Source: an uncultured bacterium
Lineage (GTDB): Bacteria > Actinomycetota > UBA4738 > HRBIN12
Reading direction: 5' to 3'
DNA: 33,367 nt
Assembly (NCBI GenBank): GCA_965994715.1
Contig: CBHFMJ010000002.1
Location: forward strand, 1 to 33,367
In this document: one piece after another, positions 8,833 to 16,680 of the stretch
Layout: each line of letters starts with the position of its first letter
How positions within the stretch are numbered: position 1 is the first letter of the stretch
Position numbers and translations under genes: made by a program
Notes under the pieces: model-generated
Told to the model about the DNA's origin: nothing
What the model saw: only the letters and a program-made list of their open reading frames with translations
Databases searched by the model: none

Positions 8833-9599
8833 TGGCGGCATCCCTCACGCCGGCCGAGATCCTGAACTCATCGGACGAGCGTCGGGTGGGGGCGACCCCG
8901 CTCGTGACGCTCACGCTCAGGATCCGCCGGTTCAACCCGCAGGTCTCGGAGGAGCCGTGGTGGGACGAGTTCACGATCCAGGTGGATCCGTACGAACGAC
9001 TCGTCGAGGCCCTCCATCAGGTGAAGTGGCATCACGACGGGACCCTCACGTTCCGGCGTTCGTGCGCACACGGTATCTGCGGCTCGGACGCGATGGTGAT
9101 CAACGGGCGGAACGCCCTCGCCTGCAAGATCCTGGTCAAGGACGTCGCTCCGAAGGTGACCATCGAGCCCATCCGCGGTCTCGCCGTCCTGAAGGACCTG
9201 ATCGTGGACATGGAGCCCTTCTTCGACGGGTATCGCGCGGTGCTCCCCTACCTCGTGAACGACGAGGAGACGGAGCGGGAACGCGTGCAGATGCCGGAGG
9301 AGCGGGAGCGCTTCGACGACACGACGAAGTGCATCCTGTGCGCCGCGTGCACCACGTCCTGCCCGATCTTCTGGTCCGACGAGACCTACATCGGGCCGGC
9401 CGCGATCGTGAACGCGCACCGGTTCATCTTCGACTCACGCGATCGCGCCCCGCGCGAGCGACTCGGCGTCCTGTCCGAGAAGACCGGCGTGTTCCGCTGC
9501 CGGACGACGTTCAACTGCACCGACGCGTGCCCACGCGGCATCGAGGTCACGAAGGCCATCCAAGAGGTCAAGCGCGCCGTCCTCTTCGACCGACGCTGA
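8832..9599 (+). CDS. sdhB: Succinate dehydrogenase iron-sulfur subunit
   Basis: The ATG at 8832 shares 1 nt with the sdhA TGA. Cluster motifs are CAHGICGSDAMVINGRNALAC (2Fe-2S), CILCAACTTSCP (4Fe-4S) and CRTTFNCTDACPRGI (3Fe-4S). Confidence 0.92.
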   Translation: MAASLTPAEILNSSDERRVGATPLVTLTLRIRRFNPQVSEEPWWDEFTIQVDPYERLVEALHQVKWHHDGTLTFRRSCAHGICGSDAMVINGRNALACKILVKDVAPKVTIEPIRGLAVLKDLIVDMEPFFDGYRAVLPYLVNDEETERERVQMPEERERFDDTTKCILCAACTTSCPIFWSDETYIGPAAIVNAHRFIFDSRDRAPRERLGVLSEKTGVFRCRTTFNCTDACPRGIEVTKAIQEVKRAVLFDRR

Positions 9600-9657
9600 C
9601 GTCGGTCTCGCTCACCGAGGACGGATCCCGGCGAGACGGGCGACGGGAGATCGTCGA

Positions 9658-9663
9658 TAGGGT
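9658..9663 (+). promoter_or_regulatory. -10-like hexamer TAGGGT, 6 nt upstream of ATG 9670 (leaderless architecture)
   Basis: Sequence is cGATAGGGTgcctcgATG. Confidence 0.4.
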
Positions 9664-9669
9664 GCCTCG

Positions 9670-10740
9670 ATGACCGGACGCCATCGCGTCACGCTGATCC
9701 CCGGCGATGGGATCGGACCCGAAGTGTCCTCGGCCGCGCGGATGGTGCTCGATGCGGCGGTGCCCGGGATCGAGTGGGACGAGCGGACGGCGGGCGCAGC
9801 CGCACTCGCCGAGCACGGGGACCTCCTGCCGGAGGAGACCCTCGAGGCGATCCGCACCACGCGCGTCGCCATCAAGGGACCGATCACGACGCCGGTGGGC
9901 TCGGGGTTCCGCAGCATCAACGTCGCGCTGCGCCAGGGTCTGGACCTCTTCGCGGCCGTTCGTCCCGCCCGGTCGTTGCCGGGCGTCTCGACGCGGCACG
10001 AGAAGGTGGATCTCGTCGTGGTCCGGGAGAACACCGAGGATCTCTACCAGGGCGTCGAGTTCGCGGCCGGTTCCCCCCAAGCCGACGCCCTCCGGATCGA
10101 GCTCCGGAGCCTCGCCGGGGTCGAGATCAAGCCGGACGCGGGCGTCACGGTGAAGCCGATCTCCGTCGCAGGGACGCGACGCATCGTGCGGTTCGCCTTC
10201 GAGTACGCGAAGACGAACCGCCGAGCCCGGATCACGCTGGGGCACAAGGCCGGCATCATGCCCACCTCGGACGGGTTGTTCCTGACCACCGCCCGGAACG
10301 AGGAGATCGACCGCGGCGAGGTGGGGTTCGAGGACATGCAGATCGATCACCTGACCGCTCGCCTCGTCCGCGACCCGGCTCGCTTCGACGTGCTGCTCCT
10401 CCCGAACCTCTACGGCGACATCCTCTCGGACCTCTGTGCGGGGCTGGTCGGCGGACTGGGGTTGGTCCCCGGGGCGAACATCGGCTGGGAGTACGCGGTC
10501 TTCGAACCTGTCCACGGGAGCGCGCCGGACATCGCCGGCACCGGGGTGGCGAACCCGATCGCGATGATCCTTTCGGGCGCGATGCTCCTCCGCCATCTCG
10601 GCGAGATGACCGGCGCGTCCGCCGTGGAGGCGGCCGTGGACTCCGTCCTCTCGGACGGCACGGTGCGGACGCCGGACCTCGGCGGCTCCTCGTCCACGAC
10701 GCAGGTCACGCACGCGATCCTGCGGGTACTCACCGCCTAG
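9670..10740 (+). CDS. Isocitrate/isopropylmalate dehydrogenase family protein, NAD-IDH (IDH3)-like, paralog 1
   Basis: Motifs are LIPGDGIGPEV, FRSINVALRQGLDLFAAVRP, VVVRENTEDLYQGVEF, LPNLYGDILSDLCAGLVGGLG, HGSAPDIAGTGVANP and TPDLGG. It deviates from the family norm at HKAGIMPTSDGLF. Confidence 0.85.
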   Translation: MTGRHRVTLIPGDGIGPEVSSAARMVLDAAVPGIEWDERTAGAAALAEHGDLLPEETLEAIRTTRVAIKGPITTPVGSGFRSINVALRQGLDLFAAVRPARSLPGVSTRHEKVDLVVVRENTEDLYQGVEFAAGSPQADALRIELRSLAGVEIKPDAGVTVKPISVAGTRRIVRFAFEYAKTNRRARITLGHKAGIMPTSDGLFLTTARNEEIDRGEVGFEDMQIDHLTARLVRDPARFDVLLLPNLYGDILSDLCAGLVGGLGLVPGANIGWEYAVFEPVHGSAPDIAGTGVANPIAMILSGAMLLRHLGEMTGASAVEAAVDSVLSDGTVRTPDLGGSSSTTQVTHAILRVLTA

Positions 10741-10752
10741 CTGTGGTGGTGC

Positions 10753-10778
10753 GGACCCCGACCGGGGTCCGGGGTTTT
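10753..10778. terminator. Intrinsic terminator hairpin shared by the convergent IDH paralog 1 and the small ORF
   Basis: Sequence is GGACCCC-gacc-GGGGTCC, a 7-bp GC stem with a 4-nt loop (10753-10770). It is followed by GGGGTTTT on the plus strand. It sits 12 nt after the plus-strand stop and 11 nt after the minus-strand stop. Confidence 0.6.
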
Positions 10779-10781
10779 GCG

Positions 10782-10949
10782 TCAGCAGCCCGGTTCGCCG
10801 TGGTGCCCGCAACACCCCTTGTTCACGAGGGACCTCGCTCTGTTCCGGACGGTGAGCGCCACCTTCCGCGCGACCGGGAGATCGGACTCGGACCAGTTGG
10901 TGAAGAAGTTGCCGACATGCTCGCGCAGCGGACGCAGGAACGGGGCCAT
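10782..10949 (-). CDS. Small hypothetical protein (55 aa) with Cys/His-rich C-terminus CCGHHGEPGC
   Basis: Below the ORF-track length cut-off. My translation: MAPFLRPLREHVGNFFTNWSESDLPVARKVALTVRNRARSLVNKGCCGHHGEPGC. Almost every third codon position is G/C, unlike the overlapping plus-strand 61-aa ORF. A TACGAT -10 lies 6 nt upstream of the ATG and a terminator hairpin lies just downstream. Confidence 0.55.
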   Translation of the reverse strand: MAPFLRPLREHVGNFFTNWSESDLPVARKVALTVRNRARSLVNKGCCGHHGEPGC

Positions 10950-10955
10950 CGCGGC

Positions 10956-10961
10956 ATCGTA
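10956..10961 (-). promoter_or_regulatory. -10-like hexamer TACGAT, 6 nt upstream of the small-ORF ATG 10949
   Basis: The minus strand reads ggacTACGATgccgcgATG. Confidence 0.4.
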
Positions 10962-11000
10962 GTCCTTGGTCCGCGGGTCGCCTGATGCGAGACTCCTTCC

Positions 11001-11540
11001 GTGCGGGACGAGCGGTGGCCCACGGCGGCTGGCTTCGCACTGACGATCGCCGGGGCGGTCCTCGCCGCCGTGGCGACGACCACCACATGGATCGCGACGG
11101 GCCTGCGCCGGGACGTTCGAGGGATCCTGGACCTCGAGTTCCGTGGTCTCGATCTCGTCGAGGGCATCGTTGCGCTGGTGGTCGCGGCGGTCGCGCTGAT
11201 CGGCCTCGTGCTCGTCCGCCGGTTCCGCGGCAGCGCCCGCGTCGGGATCGCCGTGGGCGTCGTCGCCTGCGGCCTCGTGCTCGTGGCCCTTCCGGTGTGG
11301 GTCGCGGTCCGGGCGGAGGACCGAGCCGTCGATGAGATCGCCCGGGTCGTCGCGGCGTCCTCAGGCAGCACGATCGAGGAGGCGACCGAACGGGTACGCA
11401 CCGACCCCGACCTCGCGGTCCGGTCAGAAACGACCGTGTGGCTGCCGATCGTCTCGGGGCTGCTGGTCGTGCTCGGGGCCGGAGCGACCTTGACCTCGAG
11501 CGTGCGCACCGCGCGCGAGGCGCACGGAGACCCGAACTAG
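11001..11540 (+). CDS. Hypothetical integral membrane protein (about 4 TM helices)
   Basis: A 179-aa protein from a GTG start. Hydrophobic segments are AAGFALTIAGAVLAAVATTTTW, IVALVVAAVALIGLVLV, IAVGVVACGLVLVALPVWVAV and WLPIVSGLLVVLGAGATL. The topology is reminiscent of the actinobacterial Trp-operon-associated membrane protein family, but I cannot confirm that. Confidence 0.6.
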   Translation: MRDERWPTAAGFALTIAGAVLAAVATTTTWIATGLRRDVRGILDLEFRGLDLVEGIVALVVAAVALIGLVLVRRFRGSARVGIAVGVVACGLVLVALPVWVAVRAEDRAVDEIARVVAASSGSTIEEATERVRTDPDLAVRSETTVWLPIVSGLLVVLGAGATLTSSVRTAREAHGDPN

Positions 11541-12460
11541 AGCGAGGCGAGGTCCGCGCACTTCGCACGGATGCCCTCGGCGGCCGCCCGGAGCCTCGCG
11601 AGCTCGTCCTCGTTCAGGTCGAGCTCGACGATCTCCTCGACCCCCTTGCTGCCCAGTCGGGCGGGGACGCCCACGTACACGTCGCTGATGCCGTACTCGC
11701 CGGTCGTCCAGGCGCAGACCGGGAGGACGTCCTTCGCGTCACGCGCGATCGCCTCGACCATCGCGACCACCGAGGCACTCGGCGCGTAGTAGGCCGACCC
11801 CGACTTCAGGAGTGCCACGATCTCGGCTCCCCCGTCGCGCGTCCGTTGGAAGAGACGATCCAGGGTGGCATCGTCGACCAGCTCCGGCAGGGGCGTGCCG
11901 TTCACGGTGGCGTGACGTGGGAGGGCCACCATCGCATCCCCGTGCGAGCCCAGGGTGATCGCCGCGACCGCGCTCGGTGAGACCGATAGCTCCTCCGCGA
12001 TGAAGGCGCGCAGGCGGGCCGAGTCCAGCACCCCGGCCATGCCCATGACCCGCTCGCGGGGGAAGCCGGAGGCGTCCGCCGCGAGGAACGTCATCTCGTC
12101 GAGCGGGTTCGATACGACGATCAGGATCGCGTCGGGCGACCCGGGTACCACCCGGGAGACGACGTCCCGCATGATCGCGGCGTTCTTCCCGAGGAGATCC
12201 ATCCTGCTCATCCCCGGCTGCCGAGGGAAGCCGGCGGTGATCACGACGATGTCCGAGCCGGCCGTGTCCGCGTAGTCGTTCGTGCCCACGATCGAGGGCT
12301 CGTAGCCCTCTATCGGCGCCGCTTGTCGGAGATCGAGGGCGAGCCCCTGCGGCTTGCCCTCGATGATGTCGATCAGACAGACCTCCGCGAGATCCTTCTC
12401 CAGGATCCGCATCGCGGTCGTCTGACCGACGAACCCGCTGCCGACCACGGTGACCTTCAT
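11537..12460 (-). CDS. mdh: Malate dehydrogenase (LDH-like family)
   Basis: Motifs are MKVTVVGSGFVGQTTA, ITAGFPRQPGMSRMDLL (Arg at the substrate-discriminating position) and VSNPLD, plus the catalytic His in TLGSHGD. An SD-like GGAGCTGAGG lies upstream. Confidence 0.92.
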   Translation of the reverse strand: MKVTVVGSGFVGQTTAMRILEKDLAEVCLIDIIEGKPQGLALDLRQAAPIEGYEPSIVGTNDYADTAGSDIVVITAGFPRQPGMSRMDLLGKNAAIMRDVVSRVVPGSPDAILIVVSNPLDEMTFLAADASGFPRERVMGMAGVLDSARLRAFIAEELSVSPSAVAAITLGSHGDAMVALPRHATVNGTPLPELVDDATLDRLFQRTRDGGAEIVALLKSGSAYYAPSASVVAMVEAIARDAKDVLPVCAWTTGEYGISDVYVGVPARLGSKGVEEIVELDLNEDELARLRAAAEGIRAKCADLASL

Positions 12461-12498
12461 CGTTGCCTCAGCTCCTCGGACTCGGATGCGGCGTCATG

Positions 12499-13587
12499 CT
12501 ATCGGGCACCGCGGAGCCGCTCGACGACGGCCTCCGCCATCCGGCGGGTACCGACGGCGGGCCGCTCATCGCCCGGGGCGCGGAGGTCCGGCGTCACGTC
12601 GCGGCCGTCGGCGAGCACGGCGGCCACCGCCTCTTCGATCCGGGCGGCGGCCTCCCGCTCGCCGAGGTGCCGCAGCATCATCGAGGTCGAAAGGATCACG
12701 CCCGCCGGGTTCGCACGGTCCCGGCCCGCGAGGCGCGGGGCGGTACCGTGCGTGGCCTCGAAGACGGCGATCCCCTCCCCCAGATGGCCGCCCGGCGCCA
12801 TCCCGGGTCCACCGATCAGACCGGCCCCGAGCTCCGACACGATGTCGCCGTAGAGGTTCGGCAGGACGAGGACCTGGAACCGTTCCGGGGTTCGGACGAG
12901 CTGCATGCAGAGCGCGTCGATGATCCGATCGTCGAAGGCGACGTCGGGATACTGGGCGGCGACGCGGCGGGCCACGTCGAGGAACAGCCCGTCGGAGAAC
13001 TTCATGATGTTGGCCTTGTGCCCCGCGGTGACCGAGGCGAGACCCCGCCGTGCCGCTTCTTCGAAGGCGAATCGGACGATCCGCTCGCTGCCCGACCGTG
13101 AGATCGCCTTCACGGAGATGCCGCTGTCCCGGCGGATCCGCACGTCGGTCATCTCCTCGATGAACGCGATCAGACGCTCGACCTCCACGGTCCCCACCTC
13201 GAACTCGACCCCCGTGTAGGTGTCCTCGATGTTCTCGCGCACCACCACGAGGTCGACGTCCCCGTAGACGGACGGCACACCGGGGTAGCGTCGGCAGGGT
13301 CGGACGTTGGCGAACAGGTCGAGCTCCTGACGCAGGGCGACGTTGGCGTTACGGACGCCCCCGTCGGCCGGCGTCTCGATCGGCCCTTTCAGGGCGACCC
13401 CGTTGTCCCGGATCGAAGAGATCGCGGAAGCGGGCAGCGCCTCGCCGACCGCCTCCCATGCGCGGAGTCCGATGTCCTGGACGTCCCAGCGCACCTCGAC
13501 GCCGGTCGCCTCCACCACGAGGCGTCCCGCGTCCGTGACCTCGGGTCCGATCCCGTCTCCCGGGATCATCGTGATGCGATGGACCAC
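12499..13587 (-). CDS. Isocitrate/isopropylmalate dehydrogenase family protein, IDH3-like, paralog 2
   Basis: The GTG at 13587 is preceded by GAGGGAGG. Motifs are MIPGDGIGPEV, VVVRENIEDTYTGVEF, GHKANIMKFSDGLFL and LPNLYGDIVSELGAGLIGGPG. It deviates at VRNANVALRQ (Asn where Ser is usual) and HGTAPRLAG. Its stop lies 38 nt upstream of the mdh start on the same strand. Confidence 0.85.
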   Translation of the reverse strand: MVHRITMIPGDGIGPEVTDAGRLVVEATGVEVRWDVQDIGLRAWEAVGEALPASAISSIRDNGVALKGPIETPADGGVRNANVALRQELDLFANVRPCRRYPGVPSVYGDVDLVVVRENIEDTYTGVEFEVGTVEVERLIAFIEEMTDVRIRRDSGISVKAISRSGSERIVRFAFEEAARRGLASVTAGHKANIMKFSDGLFLDVARRVAAQYPDVAFDDRIIDALCMQLVRTPERFQVLVLPNLYGDIVSELGAGLIGGPGMAPGGHLGEGIAVFEATHGTAPRLAGRDRANPAGVILSTSMMLRHLGEREAAARIEEAVAAVLADGRDVTPDLRAPGDERPAVGTRRMAEAVVERLRGAR

Positions 13588-13634
13588 AGGGAGCCTCCCT
13601 CGAACGTCGTCGGGTCAGGGGAACGGGGTCCGAC

Positions 13635-13640
13635 TATCCT
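13635..13640 (+). promoter_or_regulatory. Possible -10 (TATCCT) for citrate synthase, with about 55 nt of leader and a GGGAGGA SD
   Basis: Sequence is ccgacTATCCTggcag. The SD GGGAGGA at 13691-13697 precedes the GTG at 13700. Confidence 0.3.
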
Positions 13641-13699
13641 GGCAGTTCGCATCGGACCCAGCCGGCGCTCATCGGAGCACGGGTGGAGACGGGAGGATC

Positions 13700-14818
13700 G
13701 TGGCCGACAAGGGGCTCCGAGAGGTCATCGCGGCTGACACCCACCTGTCCGACATCGACGGCGAGAAGGGCACCCTGTCGTACGTGGGGTACGAGATCGA
13801 GGATCTCGCCGCTCACTCCTCGTTCGAGGAGATCGTCCACCTGCTGCACCACCTGGAGCTCCCCACGGCCCGGCAGCTCGACGCGCTCTCCGCGTTCCTC
13901 GCGGCGGAACGGGACCTCCATCCCTTCCAGGTGCAGTTGATGAGGACCCTGGCCGAGCAGACGTCGCCGATGTCGATGCTGCGCACGTCCGTGTCAGCGG
14001 CGTCGGCGTTCGACCCCGACGGGTGGGACGAATCCGAGAACGCGCAGGCCCGGAAGGCCCTCCGGCTGATCGCCAAGACCGCCTCGCTGCTCACGACCTA
14101 CCACCGGCTGCGCACCGGGATGGAGATCGTGCCCCCGAACCCCGCCCTCGGGCACGCGGCCGACTTCCTGTGGATGCTGCACGGCGAGGAGCCCGACCCG
14201 GGGGACGTGCGGGTGCTCGATACGACCTTCGTGCTCTACGCGGACCACACGATGAACGCGTCCACGTTCACGGCGAGGATCGTGGCATCTACGCTGGCCG
14301 ACATGTTCTCCGCGATCACGGCCGCGATCGGGACGCTCAAAGGCCCGCTCCACGGCGGCGCCAACGAAGAGGCGATGAAGAGCTTCGAGGAGGTGGGCAA
14401 GCCGGAGAACGCCGAGGCGTACGTGCGCGACCGACTCGAGCGCCACGAGAAGATCTTCGGATTCGGTCACGCCGTCTACAAGACGTACGACCCTCGCGCG
14501 ACGGTGCTGAAGCGCCTCTCGCAGGAGGCGTGCGATCGCGCCGGGAAGGCGCAGCTCCATGAGATCGCGGAGGCGATCGAGGAGACGACGTTCGACCAGA
14601 AGGGGCTGTACCCGAACGTCGACTTCTACGCGGCCGCCGTGTTCCACGTGCTCGGCATCCCGACGGACCTGATGACGCCGGTCTTCGCCGCCGCCCGGAT
14701 GGCGGGCTGGACCGCCCACGTGCGCGAGCAGTACGCGGACAACAAGGTGATCCGCCCCGGGTCCCGCTACATCGGCCCCGCGGAGCGAACCTGGGCCCCC
14801 GTGGACCAACGCGGCTAG
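13700..14818 (+). CDS. Citrate synthase (short ~370-aa type; 2-methylcitrate synthase not excluded)
   Basis: The GTG at 13700 follows the SD and gives VADKGLREVIAADTHLSDIDGEKGTLSYVGYEIEDLA. Motifs are HADHTMNAST, GPLHGGANEE, GFGHAVYKTYDPRA and NVDFY. The upstream 119 codons of the track ORF overlap the IDH paralog 2 gene and are not coding. Confidence 0.88.
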   Translation: MADKGLREVIAADTHLSDIDGEKGTLSYVGYEIEDLAAHSSFEEIVHLLHHLELPTARQLDALSAFLAAERDLHPFQVQLMRTLAEQTSPMSMLRTSVSAASAFDPDGWDESENAQARKALRLIAKTASLLTTYHRLRTGMEIVPPNPALGHAADFLWMLHGEEPDPGDVRVLDTTFVLYADHTMNASTFTARIVASTLADMFSAITAAIGTLKGPLHGGANEEAMKSFEEVGKPENAEAYVRDRLERHEKIFGFGHAVYKTYDPRATVLKRLSQEACDRAGKAQLHEIAEAIEETTFDQKGLYPNVDFYAAAVFHVLGIPTDLMTPVFAAARMAGWTAHVREQYADNKVIRPGSRYIGPAERTWAPVDQRG

Positions 14819-14819
14819 G

Positions 14820-15737
14820 TCACGACCCCGTCGGACGGGGGAAGAGACCGGCCTCCTCGACGATCCTGCGGACCAGGTCGTCGCGACCGACGCCCATCAG
14901 GTGGATGCCGGTGATCCCGTCGATCGCGCGGATCTTCTCCACCACGGACAGGGTGAACTCCACGCCGGCGCGCTCCGCGTCGCTGCCCGCGGACTCCAGC
15001 AGGTCGAACGCCGCAGACGGCACGTGGACACCGAAGAGCCCGTCCATGAAGCGCGCGTTCTTGAGGCTCCGGAGCGGGACGAGCCCGACGAGCACGCGTG
15101 CGCGTTCGAAGACCCCGCGCGCGCGGACCAGATCCGCCCATTCGCCCAGCCGATCGGTGTCGTACACGATCTGCGTCCAGACCACGTCGCCGCCGGCGTC
15201 GAGCTTGGCCTCGAGCTTCGTGGGATCGTAGGGCTCGGCGAGCGGCACGTCGGCGACGCCGATCAGGAAGCGGGGCGGATCCGCGATCACCGCTCCGGCA
15301 CCCGTCGTTCCCTCCTCGCGGATCGCCCGCGCGAGGGAGACCACCTCGTTCGGCGACAGGTCGAAGACCGCCTTCGCGTCGGGGTGATCCCCGACCGACA
15401 TCGGATCGCCGCCGAGGACGAGGAGGTTCCGAGCCCCGAGCGCCCACGCCCCCAGGAGATCGGCCGTGATCGCGAGCCGGTTGCGATCGCGGCACACGAG
15501 CTGGAGGGTCGGCTCGGCGCCCGCATCGTGCGCGAATCGGGTGCCGGCCACCGCCGACAGGTACGGTGAGGCAGCCGGATTGTCGGTGACGTTGATGGCG
15601 TCGACGTAGCCGACCAGTCCACGGGCGGCGTCGCGCACCGCGGCCCCGCTCCCGGAGCGGGGCGGGACGACCTCCCCGGTCAGGACGAACTCGCCGGCGT
15701 CGAGCAACGCCGCGAGGCGGCCGCCGGTCGAGCTCAC
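14820..15737 (-). CDS. metF: Methylenetetrahydrofolate reductase (MetF family)
   Basis: The GTG at 15737 overlaps the folD TGA (GTGA) and follows GGAGGG. The translation VSSTGGRLAALLDAGEFVLTGEVVPPRS...VDAINVTDNPAA...QLVCRDRN...LLVLGGDP...WTQIVYD is typical of the MTHFR TIM barrel. Confidence 0.75.
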   Translation of the reverse strand: MSSTGGRLAALLDAGEFVLTGEVVPPRSGSGAAVRDAARGLVGYVDAINVTDNPAASPYLSAVAGTRFAHDAGAEPTLQLVCRDRNRLAITADLLGAWALGARNLLVLGGDPMSVGDHPDAKAVFDLSPNEVVSLARAIREEGTTGAGAVIADPPRFLIGVADVPLAEPYDPTKLEAKLDAGGDVVWTQIVYDTDRLGEWADLVRARGVFERARVLVGLVPLRSLKNARFMDGLFGVHVPSAAFDLLESAGSDAERAGVEFTLSVVEKIRAIDGITGIHLMGVGRDDLVRRIVEEAGLFPRPTGS

Positions 15738-16600
15738 CCTCCGTAGGCCTGCGTCTCGGCGGCCGCGACCGTGTTCACGAGGAGCATCGCGACCGTCATC
15801 GGTCCGACGCCGCCGGGGACGGGGGTGATGGCCCCCGCGACCTCGGCCGCCTGCTCGAAGTCCACGTCCCCGACGAGGCCATCGTCGGTCCGGTGCACCC
15901 CGACGTCGATCACGGTGCCGCCGGGTTTGATCATGTCGCCGGTGACGAGCTTCGGCACGCCGGCGGCAGCCACGAGGATGTCCGCCCGGCGCGTGTGGGT
16001 CGCGAGGTTCGCGGTCTTCGCGTGCGTGATCGTGACGGTGGCGTTCCCGCGGAGCGAGTCCTGCGCCAGCATGATCGAGAGCGGCGCGCCCACCAGGTCG
16101 CCGTACCCGATGACGACGACCTCGGCCCCCTCGAGCGGGATGTCGCTCCGGAGCAGCAGCTCCACGATCCCGTAGGGCGTGGCCGGCTGGAACGTCGCCT
16201 CTCCCCGGACCACCATGCCGACGTTCCACGGGTGGAGGCCGTCCACGTCCTTCTCTGCCGCCATCGTGCGCTGGACCTCGAGCTCGTTCACGTGGGCGGG
16301 CAACGGGAGCTGAACGATGATCCCGTGGATCTCTGGGTCGCGGTTCAGGCGGCGGATCGTGGCGAGCATCTCGCCGCCGGTCACGTATCCGGGGAGATTG
16401 ACCTGCTCGGAGTGGATGCCCACGTCCGCGCAGGCCTTGTGCTTGGCGCCGACGTAGATGCGCGAGGCCTGATCGTCGCCCACCAGGACCGCGGCGAGCC
16501 CAGGGGTCACGCCGTGGTCGGCGAGCGCCTTGACTCGCTCGGATACCTCGGAGCGGATCTGGGCGGCGACGGCGCGTCCGTCGAGGATGCGAGCGGTCAC
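15734..16600 (-). CDS. folD: Bifunctional 5,10-methylene-THF dehydrogenase / methenyl-THF cyclohydrolase
   Basis: Motifs are MTARILDGRAVAAQIRSEV, VLVGDDQASRIYVGAKHKAC, GIIVQLPLP, VVVIGYGDLVGAPL and ITPVPGGVGPMTVAMLL. Confidence 0.92.
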   Translation of the reverse strand: MTARILDGRAVAAQIRSEVSERVKALADHGVTPGLAAVLVGDDQASRIYVGAKHKACADVGIHSEQVNLPGYVTGGEMLATIRRLNRDPEIHGIIVQLPLPAHVNELEVQRTMAAEKDVDGLHPWNVGMVVRGEATFQPATPYGIVELLLRSDIPLEGAEVVVIGYGDLVGAPLSIMLAQDSLRGNATVTITHAKTANLATHTRRADILVAAAGVPKLVTGDMIKPGGTVIDVGVHRTDDGLVGDVDFEQAAEVAGAITPVPGGVGPMTVAMLLVNTVAAAETQAYGG

Positions 16601-16608
16601 GGGCCCGG

Positions 16609-16614
16609 ATGCTA
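16609..16614 (-). promoter_or_regulatory. -10-like hexamer TAGCAT, 8 nt upstream of folD GTG
   Basis: The minus strand reads cGATAGCATccgggcccGTG. Confidence 0.35.
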
Positions 16615-16647
16615 TCGGCTGACCACCTCGGCGCGGGGACGTCGGTG

Positions 16648-16668
16648 CAGGAGATCAGCCAGGAGATC
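16648..16668. repeat. Tandem direct repeat CAGGAGATC-agc-CAGGAGATC in the purH-folD intergenic region
   Basis: Two exact 9-mers with 12-nt periodicity at 16648-16656 and 16660-16668. They lie about 33 nt upstream of the putative folD -10. Confidence 0.6.
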
Positions 16669-16680
16669 GGTGCCGGGAGA

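Noticed and set aside
10777-10962. A 61-aa plus-strand ORF (MRQQPGSPWCPQHPLF...).
   Set aside because: It overlaps the minus-strand 55-aa ORF. The minus frame has the strong third-position G/C bias, a -10 at leaderless distance and a terminator. The plus frame has none of these.
9568-11568. A 666-aa minus-strand ORF spanning IDH paralog 1, the small ORF and the membrane gene.
   Set aside because: Its composition is extremely Arg/Pro-rich. It is antisense to a gene with clear IDH motifs. This is a GC artefact.
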